55,715 bases of DNA. Source: Marinobacter sp. (lineage in GTDB: Bacteria; Pseudomonadota; Gammaproteobacteria; Pseudomonadales; Oleiphilaceae). Both the position numbers and the translations under genes were made by a program. This document shows positions 28,636-39,393 of the stretch, piece by piece. The stretch is taken from assembly GCA_041591245.1 (NCBI GenBank), contig JBFHSI010000001.1, positions 1 through 55,715 of the forward strand. The letters run 5' to 3'. Positions within the stretch are counted from its first letter, which is position 1. Each line of letters begins with the position of its first letter. The notes under the pieces were generated by a model. That model worked only from the letters and a program-made list of their open reading frames with translations. It was not told where the DNA came from and made no database searches.

Positions 28636-29156
28636 CCTTGGTTGGATTTTTCTGTGCTGGAGGTGATGATTCCTTTCGCCGGCAGCACCGCCTCACCTTT
28701 CAGACGCCAGTCATTGCTGGGGCCGCGCAGGTCGTAGTACCAGCGCCCGTCGATATCCTCCAGGATGGTGCCCTGGTAGTGGCCTTCGCTGACCCGGGTG
28801 AACTGAATGGTCCGGTCCTGATCGGCCAGGGTCGGATGGAACAGGTTCAGAACGACATAGGGGTAGCCCGCCGGGCCGTTACGGGTATCCAGCTCCAGGG
28901 TGGCGGAGCGTTTGTCGAAACGCATTGCCGCCTTGATTCCCAGGTCCGCAGCTTTCTGATCCCGGGCTATCTCCAGATTGATGGCGCGACCTTCCTTGGA
29001 ATAGTCGTCACTGACCATGGTGTCCTTCATGTTCAGTGCCACCGTGATCATGAACGCACACCAGATAATGGCCGCAATCGGGAAAATGGTCAGGAACCAG
29101 AACCAGGGCTGGCGGTACCATGGGGCAACAGGAGCTTGTTCAGTCATAGCGTTCAT
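28632..29156 (-). CDS. ccoH: CcoH/FixH family protein
   Basis: PWYRQPWFW, DDYSKEGRAIN, HPT...D. Confidence 0.9.
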   Translation of the reverse strand: MNAMTEQAPVAPWYRQPWFWFLTIFPIAAIIWCAFMITVALNMKDTMVSDDYSKEGRAINLEIARDQKAADLGIKAAMRFDKRSATLELDTRNGPAGYPYVVLNLFHPTLADQDRTIQFTRVSEGHYQGTILEDIDGRWYYDLRGPSNDWRLKGEAVLPAKGIITSSTEKSNQG

Positions 29157-29198
29157 TACTCGTTCAAAACCGGGTGGTTGCAGGTCTCAACCCGCGCG

Positions 29199-30632
29199 TT
29201 AGCGGGTTGGACCAACAAACCGGCTTTCAGTTTCAAGAATCAGCGAATTATCTGTCTGCGACCTGGCTGTAAACCGGATTTCGTTGTTGGATTCGGTGAT
29301 GGACTCTGGCGGAACATCCACAACGGTAGGCAGTGAACGGTTCTCGCCGCTGTCTACAGTCACCGTGGTTTCCGTGAGAATGCGCATGCCCTCCAGGCCA
29401 TCAACAGCCAGCACGAAGGTTTGCGGAATTTCACTCATGTTGGCGAGCTTGAGGGTGTAGGAGTTTTCTATACGCCCCTCACCGTTGTAGCTGAACAGGG
29501 CACCGCGGTCACGAAGCGCATCAATCTGCGCCGGGACCCGGGTCGCAATGGTGAAGATGATAGCACCAACCATGGCACAGAGCACGGCGCCGTAGCCGAA
29601 GGTACGGGGGCGCATGAGCTTGGAAGTCTTGCCTTCCAGTTCATTCTCCGTGGTATAGCGGATAAGCCCTTTGGGGTAGTTCATCTTTTCCATGATCTGG
29701 TCACAGGCATCGATACACAGGGCGCAGCCGATACACTCATACTGCAGACCGTCACGGATATCGATACCGGTGGGGCAGACCTGGACGCACTGTCCACAGT
29801 CGATACAGTCACCAAGACCTACCTCGGAAGGCTTGACGTCTTTCTTGCGTCCGCCCCGGGGCTCGCCACGGTTCGGGTCGTAGGAGACGACGCGGGTGTT
29901 GGGGTCAAACATGACCGACTGGAAGCGGGCATACGGGCACATGTACAGGCACACCTGTTCGCGCATCCAGCCTGCGTTGAGGTAGGTGGCTACGGTGAAA
30001 AAGGCTACCCAGAAGTAGGCCCAGCCGTTGGCATTGAAGGTGAACAGGTCTGCAATCAGTTCCCGGATGGGGTAGAAGTAGCCGACAAAGGTCAGGCCCG
30101 TCGCCAGCGCTATCAGGAGCCAGATAGCGTGCTTGAGCGACTTCTTCATGATTTTTTCACGGGTCCGGGGAGCCTTGTCCAGCTTCATGCGCTGGTTACG
30201 GCTGCCTTCAATACGCTCTTCAACCCACATGAAGATAAAGGTCCACACGGTCTGAGGGCAGGTATATCCGCACCAGACCCGGCCAAACAGGGTAGTGATA
30301 AAGAACAGGCCAAAGGCCGAGATGATCAGCATCCCGGACAGGAGTATGAAGTCCTTCGGATAGAAGGTCATTCCATACATGTGGAATTCCCGGGCCGGAA
30401 GGTCGAAATGGATAAGGGGCTGGCCATCCAGTGTCAGCCATACAAACAGGAAATACATGCCCATCAGCAGTGTCAGGCTGACGTTACGGATACGCTGGAA
30501 GAAGCCTTTGACTTCCTTTACGTAGATTTTCTTTCTGCTGGCATAAAGTTCGACACCGGCATCATTCTTGTTTTTTTTGCCGGAAGAATCAGGGGTCGGG
30601 TCTATTTGCTTGACCGGAATCTCACTGCTCAT
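29199..30632 (-). CDS. ccoG: Cytochrome c oxidase accessory protein CcoG
   Basis: GRVWCGYTCPQT, CLYMCPY, two 4Fe-4S motifs; ATG 30632. Confidence 0.95.
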   Translation of the reverse strand: MSSEIPVKQIDPTPDSSGKKNKNDAGVELYASRKKIYVKEVKGFFQRIRNVSLTLLMGMYFLFVWLTLDGQPLIHFDLPAREFHMYGMTFYPKDFILLSGMLIISAFGLFFITTLFGRVWCGYTCPQTVWTFIFMWVEERIEGSRNQRMKLDKAPRTREKIMKKSLKHAIWLLIALATGLTFVGYFYPIRELIADLFTFNANGWAYFWVAFFTVATYLNAGWMREQVCLYMCPYARFQSVMFDPNTRVVSYDPNRGEPRGGRKKDVKPSEVGLGDCIDCGQCVQVCPTGIDIRDGLQYECIGCALCIDACDQIMEKMNYPKGLIRYTTENELEGKTSKLMRPRTFGYGAVLCAMVGAIIFTIATRVPAQIDALRDRGALFSYNGEGRIENSYTLKLANMSEIPQTFVLAVDGLEGMRILTETTVTVDSGENRSLPTVVDVPPESITESNNEIRFTARSQTDNSLILETESRFVGPTR

Positions 30633-30729
30633 CGTTTTCTCCCGAGGAAATATTTGGCGGGAACAGGCCCAAAGCAATCTAGGTCTCTTCAAGCCTGTGC
30701 CCGCGAGGGCAGACACAGGGTTGAACAGA

Positions 30730-30758
30730 CCTGGCCGGGGAGAGGTTCCCCGGCCAGG
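30730..30758 (-). terminator. GC-rich hairpin between ccoP and ccoG (partial terminator or mRNA-stabilising stem)
   Basis: 12-bp stem CCTGGCCGGGGA/TCCCCGGCCAGG; only a weak U tract. Confidence 0.5.
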
Positions 30759-30761
30759 GCA

Positions 30762-31652
30762 TCAGTTGGACAGGCTGTAAATATACGCAGCCAGGATATG
30801 GATTTGATCATCGGAAAGGCGACCAGCCTGGGCCGGCATCTGGTTCTGACGACCATGTACGACGGTTTCCTTGATCTTGTCGTAGGTGGAGCCATAGAGC
30901 CAGATGCTGTCGGTCAGGTTAGGTGCACCAACTGCCTGGTTGCCTTTGGCATCCATGCCGTGACATGCGACACAGGCCTGGGCAAATACGGCCTTGCCAG
31001 CCTCTGCAGCGGCAGCATCTTGCTCCCGGCCACTGAAGCTCAGGACGTAGTTCACAACCTGGTCAACCTGTTCGTTGGTCATGTTGGGCATTACGCCTTT
31101 GGCTGTCATGACACCCATACGACCGTTGCGGATAGTCTCCAGGATTTTTTCCGGAGTGCCGCCATACAGCCAGTCATTGTCTGTCAGGTTGGGGAAGCCA
31201 ACCTGGCCGCGGGCTGCGGAGCCGTGGCAGACAGCGCAGTTGTTTGCGAACAGACGCTGACCGATTTTCAGAGCATCCTCGTTGGTGGCCAGTTCCGGAA
31301 TCGGAGTCTGACCAAACTGGGCGTAGATGGGGCCGTATTTTTCGTCTGCGGCCGCAACTTCGGCTTCCCACTGGTTGGTAGAGGTCCAGTTCAGCAGGCC
31401 TTTCCAGTTACCAAGACCCGGGTAGAGGGCCAGATAGCCCAGGGCAAACACACAGGTGGACATAAAGAGGTAGAACCACCACTTGGGCAGCGGGTTGTCA
31501 TACTCTTCAATGCCATCAAAGGAATGGCCCATTGTACGGTCTGTTTCAACATCTGTGGTTTGGCCCTTTCGGGTGGCCCAGAGCAGCCAAACACAGCCAA
31601 AAACAGTACCGAGCACGATCACACTGATCCAGATGCTCCAGAAGGTACTCAT
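30762..31652 (-). CDS. ccoP: cbb3-type cytochrome c oxidase subunit III
   Basis: GHSFDGIEEYDNPLPKWW; two CxxCH (CAVCH, CVACH). Confidence 0.97.
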   Translation of the reverse strand: MSTFWSIWISVIVLGTVFGCVWLLWATRKGQTTDVETDRTMGHSFDGIEEYDNPLPKWWFYLFMSTCVFALGYLALYPGLGNWKGLLNWTSTNQWEAEVAAADEKYGPIYAQFGQTPIPELATNEDALKIGQRLFANNCAVCHGSAARGQVGFPNLTDNDWLYGGTPEKILETIRNGRMGVMTAKGVMPNMTNEQVDQVVNYVLSFSGREQDAAAAEAGKAVFAQACVACHGMDAKGNQAVGAPNLTDSIWLYGSTYDKIKETVVHGRQNQMPAQAGRLSDDQIHILAAYIYSLSN

Positions 31653-31834
31653 CGTTTATTCTCCGTTTGTTCCTGTTCGAGAGTACGCTTTTCCACGTCA
31701 TCATCGTCAAAGGGCAGATGTGCCGCTTCGTCATTGGCTTTTTTACGGTGAGAGCTGTAGGCCCACCAGACGATTCCAATAAAAACCGCCATTACCAGAA
31801 GCGTGTGAAAACCGCGTAACTCATTCAAATCCAT
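31649..31834 (-). CDS. ccoQ: cbb3-type oxidase subunit IV
   Basis: Small TM protein FIGIVWWAY...DEAAHLPF between ccoO and ccoP. Confidence 0.9.
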   Translation of the reverse strand: MDLNELRGFHTLLVMAVFIGIVWWAYSSHRKKANDEAAHLPFDDDDVEKRTLEQEQTENKR

Positions 31835-31839
31835 GGGGA

Positions 31840-32448
31840 TCACCGTTTGTCTGAAATCACTGTGCCCAGGTGTTGCAGGTATGCAACCAGAGCTTCGATT
31901 TCAAATTTGCCTTTAACCTGCTCAGGAGCCGCTGCAATTTCTTCATCGGTGTAGGGAACGCCGAGAGTCTGCATGGCTTTGAGTTTGGCACTGGTTCCGG
32001 TTTCATCCACACGGTTTTCGAACAGCCATGGGAATGCCGGCATGTTGGATTCCGGAACTACACTGCGCGGGTCGAACAGGTGCTGGCGGTGCCAGGCATC
32101 GGAGTACCGGCCACCGACACGGGCCAGGTCCGGACCGGTGCGCTTGGAACCCCACAGGAACGGGCGATCGTAGACAAACTCACCCGCAACGGAGTAGTGG
32201 CCATAGCGCTCGGTTTCTGCCCGGAACGGACGGATCTGTTGCGTATGGCACACATGGCAGCCTTCCCGGATGTAAATGTCCCGTCCTTCCAGCTGCAGCG
32301 CGGTGTAAGGCTTGAGGCCTTCAACCGGCTCGTTGGTTTCATTCAGGAAGAACATGGGCACAACTTCAACCAGAAAGCCGCCGCTGATGGTCAGGATGAT
32401 CAGTACGATCATCAGGCCAATATTCTTTTCAACTATTTCGTGATTCAT
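31840..32448 (-). CDS. ccoO: cbb3-type oxidase subunit II
   Basis: [23 protein letters not shown]. Confidence 0.97.
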   Translation of the reverse strand: MNHEIVEKNIGLMIVLIILTISGGFLVEVVPMFFLNETNEPVEGLKPYTALQLEGRDIYIREGCHVCHTQQIRPFRAETERYGHYSVAGEFVYDRPFLWGSKRTGPDLARVGGRYSDAWHRQHLFDPRSVVPESNMPAFPWLFENRVDETGTSAKLKAMQTLGVPYTDEEIAAAPEQVKGKFEIEALVAYLQHLGTVISDKR

Positions 32449-32463
32449 CTGGTCTCTCTCCCG

Positions 32464-33894
32464 TTACGCTGCCTGAGCTGCTACGTTGTCTTGCGCAACC
32501 GCATGCTTCTGGCGAACGGTCATGTACACGTTATAGGCCATGAACAGCATACCGCTCAGGAAAATGACGCCACCGAGGAAACGTACAAAGTATCCCGGGT
32601 ATGAGGCTTCCAGAGACTCAACGAAACTGTAGGTCAGGGTGCCGTCTTCGTTGACTGCACGCCACATCAGACCCTGCATGATTCCGTTAACCCACATGGC
32701 AGCGATGTAGAATACGGTACCAACAGTAGCCAGCCAGAAGTGCACGTTGATCAGGGCAACGCTGTACATTTCTTTCAGGCCCCAGAGTTTGGGAATCAGG
32801 TGGTAGATAGCACCGATACTGACCATGGCAACCCAGCCCAGAGCACCGGAGTGCACGTGACCGATAGTCCAGTCAGTGTTGTGGGAGAGGGCGTTAACGG
32901 TCTTGATGGACATCATCGGACCTTCAAAGGTGGACATACCGTAGAAGGACAGGGAAACCACCAGGAAGCGCAGGATCGGGTCGGTACGCAGTTTGTGCCA
33001 GGCACCGGACAGAGTCATCATACCGTTGATCATACCGCCCCAGGAGGGAGCCAGCAGAATCAGGGACATAACCATACCTGCAGTCTGTGCCCAGTCAGGC
33101 AGTGCAGAGTAGTGCAGGTGGTGACCACCGGCCCATACGTAGGTGGCAATCAGCGCCCAGAAGTGGACGATGGACAGACGGTAGGAATAGACCGGACGGC
33201 CAGCCTGTTTGGGAACGAAGTAGTACATCATGCCCAGGAAGCCGGCAGTCAGGAAGAAGCCCACGGCGTTGTGACCCCACCACCATTGCATCATGGCGTC
33301 GGTAACACCCGCGTATGCAGAGTAGGACTTGAAGGCACTGACCGGCAGCTCCATGTTGTTGCCCAGGTACAGGAAGGCAACGGTGATAATGAAAGCACCG
33401 TAGAACCAGTTGGCAACATAGATATGGGGGGTATTACGCTTGGCGACGGTGCCGAAGAAGACGATGGCGTAGGTCACCCAGATAACTACAACGGCGATAT
33501 CAATCGGCCATTCCAGCTCGGCGTATTCCTTGGTGGAGGTCAGACCCATCGGCAGAGTGATGGCTGCTGCAACAATAACAGCCTGCCAACCCCAGAAGGT
33601 AAACGCAGCCAGTTTGTCCGAAATCAGACGTGTCTGGCAGGTCCGCTGTACCACATAATAGGAGGTGGCGAACAGTGCGCATCCACCGAACGCAAAGATA
33701 ACCGCGTTGGTATGCAGCGGCCGGAGACGGCCGAAGTGGGTAAAGGGCAAATCAAGGTTGAGGGCTGGCCAGTAGAGCTGTGCCGCAATCAGCACACCTA
33801 CCGCCATGCCTACAACACCCCATACCACTGTCATGATGGCGAATTGTCTCACCACCTTGTAGTTGTACGTCAGGTTTGTATTTACTGTGCTCAT
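32464..33894 (-). CDS. ccoN: cbb3-type oxidase subunit I
   Basis: [29 protein letters not shown]. Confidence 0.98.
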   Translation of the reverse strand: MSTVNTNLTYNYKVVRQFAIMTVVWGVVGMAVGVLIAAQLYWPALNLDLPFTHFGRLRPLHTNAVIFAFGGCALFATSYYVVQRTCQTRLISDKLAAFTFWGWQAVIVAAAITLPMGLTSTKEYAELEWPIDIAVVVIWVTYAIVFFGTVAKRNTPHIYVANWFYGAFIITVAFLYLGNNMELPVSAFKSYSAYAGVTDAMMQWWWGHNAVGFFLTAGFLGMMYYFVPKQAGRPVYSYRLSIVHFWALIATYVWAGGHHLHYSALPDWAQTAGMVMSLILLAPSWGGMINGMMTLSGAWHKLRTDPILRFLVVSLSFYGMSTFEGPMMSIKTVNALSHNTDWTIGHVHSGALGWVAMVSIGAIYHLIPKLWGLKEMYSVALINVHFWLATVGTVFYIAAMWVNGIMQGLMWRAVNEDGTLTYSFVESLEASYPGYFVRFLGGVIFLSGMLFMAYNVYMTVRQKHAVAQDNVAAQAA

Positions 33895-33964
33895 AGCCTT
33901 ACCAATGGGTTTGAAATGAGGAATTATGCGGGCGCAAGTATGGAGAAAGCATTAGCTCTTTGCA

Positions 33965-33978
33965 ATGATTCAGGTCAA
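33965..33978 (-). promoter_or_regulatory. FNR/Anr-like box upstream of ccoN
   Basis: Minus strand TTGAC-CTGA-ATCAT (8/10 consensus), about 70 bp upstream of the ccoN ATG; this is the expected regulation for cbb3. Confidence 0.65.
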
Positions 33979-34116
33979 CTCCTGAATCCCGCCAAAGGCG
34001 CCGGAATCAGCGACATGGCATCCTTTTCGCGGGGGTGTGATGCGGTCAATGTCCGGGCTGTGGGTGGTTTTGGCTGAGCGCTGCTGGCTGGCTTCAATGG
34101 TCCCGAGGTAAATGCT

Positions 34117-34809
34117 GTGGAATTGATTAATACCAAAGAATATGAAAATAGTCCGGAAGCGGTAATTGTTCTGGCCCATGGGGCCGGGGCGCCGGCTGAT
34201 TCACCTTTTATGCAGATGTTGGCCGAATCCCTGCAGAAGTATGGGGTGCCCAGTGTCCGTTTCGAGTTCCCCTATATGCAGAAAAGGAGGGTGGACGGGA
34301 AAAAACGTCCCCCTGATCGTCAACCGGTATTGCTGGAGTTCTTTTCCGGTATTGTGGACCAGGTCCGGCGTGATCAGGGACCCGATTGCCGGATACTTGT
34401 GGGTGGAAAGTCCATGGGCGGGCGTATGGCCAGTATTCTGGCGTCTCAGCGGGACGGCATTGATGGGGTGGTCTGCTACGGTTACCCGTTTCACCCCCCG
34501 GGTAAGCCGGATCGGTGGAGAACCGGGCATTTTCCTGATATCCGCTGTCCGGTCAGTATTTTCCAGGGAACCCGGGATCCATTTGGCAAGCCCCATGAGC
34601 TGGAGCAGCAGGGGGAAGTATTGCAGGCGGTGCAGTTGCATTGGCTGGAGGGGGGTGACCATGATTTCCGGCCGCTGGCGCGCCAATCCTGGAGTCAGCA
34701 GGACCTTGTGGATGAGGCGGCCAGAAAAACCCGGGAATTCGTGGATGCTATAGGTTCCGGAGCCGGCGCCAAGGACGCCGGAACCCCTGTTCCGGATGCC
34801 GTGATATGA
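34117..34809 (+). CDS. Alpha/beta hydrolase family protein
   Basis: AHGAGA, GGKSMGGR nucleophile elbow, QGTRDPFG, GDHD. Confidence 0.88.
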   Translation: MELINTKEYENSPEAVIVLAHGAGAPADSPFMQMLAESLQKYGVPSVRFEFPYMQKRRVDGKKRPPDRQPVLLEFFSGIVDQVRRDQGPDCRILVGGKSMGGRMASILASQRDGIDGVVCYGYPFHPPGKPDRWRTGHFPDIRCPVSIFQGTRDPFGKPHELEQQGEVLQAVQLHWLEGGDHDFRPLARQSWSQQDLVDEAARKTREFVDAIGSGAGAKDAGTPVPDAVI

Positions 34810-34819
34810 TCGCGGGCGC

Positions 34820-35110
34820 TCAGACCGAACTTTGCTTGAGAACGGTGATGGATTCATCCCGGTCCATCATGGGTATGAGTTCGGCCATAAGCTCCCGGCG
34901 CTCTTCTGACTGGAACCAGCGGTTCCAGTCCATTTCAGAGCGCCAGTTGGCCAGGGTGATACGGTGGTTTGGGTCGTGGCTGTCGGACAGTGTTTCCCCG
35001 GAGATAAACCCCGGCGCGCTGACAGCATGCTGGAGGACCTTTCGTGCCCGCAGTTCATAGGCCGACTCCAGCGATTCGGCGATGTGGCGTTCGATCAGAA
35101 CCCGGATCAT
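34820..35110 (-). CDS. Antibiotic biosynthesis monooxygenase (ABM) domain protein
   Basis: PGFISGETL, W.S...W..W..S..R pattern. Confidence 0.82.
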   Translation of the reverse strand: MIRVLIERHIAESLESAYELRARKVLQHAVSAPGFISGETLSDSHDPNHRITLANWRSEMDWNRWFQSEERRELMAELIPMMDRDESITVLKQSSV

Positions 35111-35205
35111 GATTCACCTCTGTTTGTTTTAACTGTTATAAACAGTAATTTAGCAGGTTTTTCTGGAAAATCATGCAATAAAAGGAGGGCGTTCTTTTGA
35201 AGGCC

Positions 35206-35439
35206 ATGGCATACGATGCTGAACTGGATGCCCGGGGGCTGTACTGTCCCGAGCCGGTGATGATGCTGCATAACCGGATCAATGATGTGAATCCGGGCGG
35301 CATCCTCAGGGTCCTCGCCACCGACCCGTCAACTACCCGGGATGTACCGAGATTTTGTCAGTTTCTGGGGCACGAGCTGGTGGGCGAGGAAGAAAAGGGC
35401 GGAGAGTATGTTTATCTCATCCGCCGGGGCGCCGGTTAG
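35206..35439 (+). CDS. tusA: Sulfur carrier protein TusA
   Basis: [23 protein letters not shown]. Confidence 0.92.
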   Translation: MAYDAELDARGLYCPEPVMMLHNRINDVNPGGILRVLATDPSTTRDVPRFCQFLGHELVGEEEKGGEYVYLIRRGAG

Positions 35440-37343
35440 GCGTCACTGATACCGGAATCCAGGTTTTTCAGATGGTGCAGGAATTCATTTCTGTCCATTT
35501 CCCCCAGAATCCGGTGCTGCAGTAATTCCTCACCTCCCTTGTGATAGAAAAGTATGGCGGGAGGACCAAAGAGTCCCAGCTGGTCCAGCCATGCCTGCTG
35601 AGCCGGGGTGTTGTCGGTCAGGTCAATCTGCAGCAGGGTATAGGGAGACAGTGCCTGGATAACCTCCGGGTCACTGAATACATTTCTTTCCATGACCTTG
35701 CAGGATATGCACCAGTCCGCATAGAAATCCAGAATGACCGGTTTTTGTGCACTGCTGGCCTGGGCCAGCAGTGCCTGGATGTCGTCCGGTGTCTGCAGAC
35801 GCTGGAAGCCGGCATGGGTCGGACCTGTGCCCTGGACCGGAACTGAGGCAGCGGACGCGGTAAACGGTGCCAGAGGTTTCAGGGGGTCATCAGCGCCGCC
35901 AGTGGCACCGGCAAGAAGAGCCAGACCATAGGCAAAGAGTACCAGCCCAAGGCCTTTGCGGGTCCTTTCCCAGCCGGCTTTTGCCGCATCAAACGCGCCC
36001 AGCTGAACACCGGTGACGGTAACCAGCAGGCCCCAGAGTGTCAGTCCCAGCCAGACCGGAACCAGCCTTTCCACCAGCCAGATGGCGACTGCCAGCAGCA
36101 TGACCCCATAGAAGTGCTTGACGGTGGCCATCCAGTGGCCGGTGCTGGGCAGCAGTTTGCGGCCACCCACGGCTACCAGAATCAGCGGAACCCCCATACC
36201 CAGCCCCAGGGACAGCAGGGCGATACCGCCAATAACCGCATCCTGGGTGGTGGATATATACAGCAGGCTTCCGGCCAGAGGCGCGGAAACGCATGGGGAG
36301 ACAATCAGTGCAGACAGAGCCCCGATTCCGAAAATGCTGGCCACCCGGGAACCGGTCAGGCTCTGGCTGGCATCGTTCAGGGGTTCGCGGATAAACCGGG
36401 GCAGTTGCAGTTCAAACAGGTCAAACATGGACAGGGCAAAGATCACGAACAGGGCCGCGAACAGACCCAGCGCCAGGGGCGACTGGAGTTGCGCCTGCAG
36501 GTTGAAACTGGCGCCCAGCAGCCCGGTGAGAACGCCTGCAGCGGCATAGGTCAGTGCCATGCCCAGCACGTAGCTGAAGGACAGCAACAGTGCGTGCCCT
36601 GTGGTGCGGGTATTGTGTCCGGACACCAGGCTGGAAATGATGGGTACCATGGGCAGGACGCAGGGGGTAAAGGTCAGGCCCAGGCCCAGCAGGAAGAATA
36701 CTCCGGCAATCACCATGATGGACTGGCGGGAAAGAAAGCCGGCCAGACCGGTTGCGGAGGAGGTATCGATCTCACTGCCCGCGGCAGCGGTGCCGGCGAT
36801 GTTGCCGGAATCTGACGGGGCTGAAGGTGTCTGGGCAGAGGTTCCGGGATAATAGAGAACCTCCCGGGTCTGGGGTGGATAGCACAGGCCGGCCTTGGCA
36901 CAACCCTGGTAGGTTACTTTCAGTTGGGCTTCGGTGGTGCCTGCGGGCAGGGTGACAGGAACCCTGGCTTCAACCGGATCATAGAATACCGTCACTTCCC
37001 CGAAGTACTCATCTTCTATGATTTCCCCCGGGAGGGAAAATTCAGGTTCGCCGGCCTGGACACCGGGGGTAACCGGAGTGACACGGATACGCCCCTTGTA
37101 CAGGTAATGGTGGGGGGCAATGTCCCAGCTCAGAACAACGGCACCATTCCCGGTGCTGAAGTTGAAGGGCAGGGCTTCATCCACCGGCAGAAACTCTGTG
37201 CGGTTATTATTGCCGAACAGCGAATTGTCGGCACCGATGGCCGCGGCCGAGCCGGCAGCCAGCAGGAGCATCATGAACACAGTCAGACGCAGGATTGACC
37301 GGGGCTGGCGGCAGTAAAAAGCATTTGCAGCAGAGGCAGTCAT
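35436..37343 (-). CDS. dsbD: Protein-disulfide reductase DsbD
   Basis: [33 protein letters not shown] thioredoxin domain. Exact start uncertain. Confidence 0.95.
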   Translation of the reverse strand: MTASAANAFYCRQPRSILRLTVFMMLLLAAGSAAAIGADNSLFGNNNRTEFLPVDEALPFNFSTGNGAVVLSWDIAPHHYLYKGRIRVTPVTPGVQAGEPEFSLPGEIIEDEYFGEVTVFYDPVEARVPVTLPAGTTEAQLKVTYQGCAKAGLCYPPQTREVLYYPGTSAQTPSAPSDSGNIAGTAAAGSEIDTSSATGLAGFLSRQSIMVIAGVFFLLGLGLTFTPCVLPMVPIISSLVSGHNTRTTGHALLLSFSYVLGMALTYAAAGVLTGLLGASFNLQAQLQSPLALGLFAALFVIFALSMFDLFELQLPRFIREPLNDASQSLTGSRVASIFGIGALSALIVSPCVSAPLAGSLLYISTTQDAVIGGIALLSLGLGMGVPLILVAVGGRKLLPSTGHWMATVKHFYGVMLLAVAIWLVERLVPVWLGLTLWGLLVTVTGVQLGAFDAAKAGWERTRKGLGLVLFAYGLALLAGATGGADDPLKPLAPFTASAASVPVQGTGPTHAGFQRLQTPDDIQALLAQASSAQKPVILDFYADWCISCKVMERNVFSDPEVIQALSPYTLLQIDLTDNTPAQQAWLDQLGLFGPPAILFYHKGGEELLQHRILGEMDRNEFLHHLKNLDSGISDA

Positions 37344-37502
37344 GGTTGGTACTGGTTCCTGTTTGGTGTCATTTGTTCGGGGCGCGGGCGGCGCCGGTAT
37401 GGTTGCCCGGTTTTCCTGATCCGTCCGGTGCCAGTGGACAGAGGCGGACCCTCAAAGTTCCCTCTGGTATTGCTCGCGCTAAAGTCGCACAATACTCAGC
37501 CA

Positions 37503-38096
37503 ATGAAGCACAGTACGAACGATTTAGTCATGCTGTTCAATGACCTCTTCCGGGAATCATACCGGACGATTCTGGTCAAAGGCGGCGAAGAACCCGAGTA
37601 TCTGCCCGCAGATGGCCCCGATGGCCTGGCGCAGGTTATCTTTGCGCACGGCTATTATGCCAGTGCTTTGCACGAAATCAGCCATTGGTGTATCGCAGGT
37701 GAGTACCGGCGCACATTGTGCGATTTTGGTTACTGGTACTGTCCGGACGGTCGCAGCCCTGAACAGCAGCGGGCTTTCGAGCGGGTTGAAGTCAAACCTC
37801 AGGCCCTGGAGTGGCTGTTTTCCGTAGCCTCTGGATCCCGTTTTCACATCAGCGTGGACAACCTTTCCGGCGCTGGTGCAGCGGATGACCGGGGGTTCAG
37901 GGAAAGTGTTGTTGACCAGGCCCGTACCTATCTGACGGACGGCTTGCCGGGCAGTCGGGCCAGAGATTTTCTTGAGGCCCTGAAGCAATTTTACGGAACC
38001 GGAGAGACCTTTGTTGAGGCCTGGCTGCAGGATGCCCGGCGAATCGCTCCGCTGTATCATACACCGGATATTCCGAGGAAGACTGAGACTGTATGA
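37503..38096 (+). CDS. epmC: Elongation factor P hydroxylase EpmC/YfcM
   Basis: FAHGYYASALHEISHWCIAG, DFGYWYCPDGR, FERVEVKPQALEW. Confidence 0.9.
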   Translation: MKHSTNDLVMLFNDLFRESYRTILVKGGEEPEYLPADGPDGLAQVIFAHGYYASALHEISHWCIAGEYRRTLCDFGYWYCPDGRSPEQQRAFERVEVKPQALEWLFSVASGSRFHISVDNLSGAGAADDRGFRESVVDQARTYLTDGLPGSRARDFLEALKQFYGTGETFVEAWLQDARRIAPLYHTPDIPRKTETV

Positions 38097-39376
38097 CATC
38101 TGACCCAAAGCAAACCGGAACCCTTCGGTTTCAGGATCTTAATCTGGACCAGCGTCTGCTGGATGCCATTGCCGCGATTGGTTTTGAATACTGCACCCCC
38201 ATTCAGGCTGAAACCCTGCCCTGGACCCTCGCCTGCCAGGACCTGATCGGCCAGGCCCAGACAGGTACCGGGAAAACTGCGGCATTCCTGATCACGGCCA
38301 TTCAGACTTTGCTGGAAACCCCCATTCCTGAAAAGGATCGCTTTGCGTCCGAACCCCGCGTGCTGGCGCTGGCGCCGACCCGGGAACTGGCCATGCAGAT
38401 TGCCAAGGATGCGGAGCAGCTGTGCAAACACACAGGGCATAACGTTGTCACTGTCGTTGGCGGTATGAACTACGACAAACAGCGGGACCAGCTGCAGAAT
38501 GAAATTGTGGATATTCTGGTGGCGACGCCTGGCCGGCTGATCGATTTCCTTGGTTCCCAGGATGTGTTTCTGGATCAGCTCGATATCCTGATTCTGGATG
38601 AAGCGGATCGCATGCTGGATATGGGTTTTATTCCCGATGTGAAGCGGATTATCCGCAAGTGCACCGCCAAGGAAGATCGCCAGACCCTGCTGTTCAGTGC
38701 CACCTTCAATCAGGACGTGCTGAACCTGGCATCCATGTGGACGAAAAATGCCGAGTTTGTGGAAATTGAACCGGAGCAGAAGACTGCCGAGCGGGTAGAG
38801 CAGACGGTTTATCTTGTCGGGGATGATGAGAAACTCACGGTGCTGGTGAATTACCTGAAACGCCCGGAAGTGGAAAAGGCCATCGTTTTCGCTAACCGGC
38901 GTGATCAGTGCCGGGATCTGGAAGAGGATCTGCGCAATCAGGGCGTCAAGGTGTCCCTGATGTCCGGAGAGATTGCCCAGAACAAACGCCTCAAGACTCT
39001 GGAGCAGTTCAAAGAGGGCTCCATCCAGGTCCTGGTGGCTACCGATGTGGCCGGGCGGGGCATTCACGTGGATGGTGTGACCCACGTGTTCAACTATAAC
39101 CTTCCGGAAAATGCCGAGGATTATGTCCACCGTATCGGCCGAACCGGACGGGCCGGTAAAACAGGAGTCTCGGTCAGCTTTGCCGGTGAGAATGATTCCT
39201 TTGCCCTGCCGGAAATAGAGTCCTATATCAGTCAGAAACTGAAAACCCAGGTTCCTGAAGATGCCCTGATGGCGCCTCTGGAACATCCTCTGATAACCCG
39301 TAAACGTGGCGGTCGCCGCCCCCGTCCCCAGAGTGGCCGGGGTCAGGGTAGTCGTCCGCACCAGCGCAGGAATTGA
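38093..39376 (+). CDS. rhlB: DEAD-box RNA helicase RhlB
   Basis: AQTGTGKTAAFL, PTRELA, DEAD, SAT, HRIGRTGRAG, Arg-rich tail. Confidence 0.88.
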   Translation: MTSDPKQTGTLRFQDLNLDQRLLDAIAAIGFEYCTPIQAETLPWTLACQDLIGQAQTGTGKTAAFLITAIQTLLETPIPEKDRFASEPRVLALAPTRELAMQIAKDAEQLCKHTGHNVVTVVGGMNYDKQRDQLQNEIVDILVATPGRLIDFLGSQDVFLDQLDILILDEADRMLDMGFIPDVKRIIRKCTAKEDRQTLLFSATFNQDVLNLASMWTKNAEFVEIEPEQKTAERVEQTVYLVGDDEKLTVLVNYLKRPEVEKAIVFANRRDQCRDLEEDLRNQGVKVSLMSGEIAQNKRLKTLEQFKEGSIQVLVATDVAGRGIHVDGVTHVFNYNLPENAEDYVHRIGRTGRAGKTGVSVSFAGENDSFALPEIESYISQKLKTQVPEDALMAPLEHPLITRKRGGRRPRPQSGRGQGSRPHQRRN

Positions 39377-39393
39377 TAGGGCCGGAGCCTAGC

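Noticed and set aside
29421-31751. 776-aa plus-strand ORF, plus other long antisense ORFs (12169-13956, 19888-21312, 32740-34077, 38057-39361, 47484-48743)
   Set aside because: They lie opposite well-supported genes, show no recognisable motifs, and are typical shadow ORFs of high-GC codon bias.
34037-34050. Second FNR/CRP-like site upstream of ccoN (TTGAC-CGC-ATCAC on the minus strand)
   Set aside because: The spacer is 3 bp rather than 4, so it does not fit the FNR geometry.
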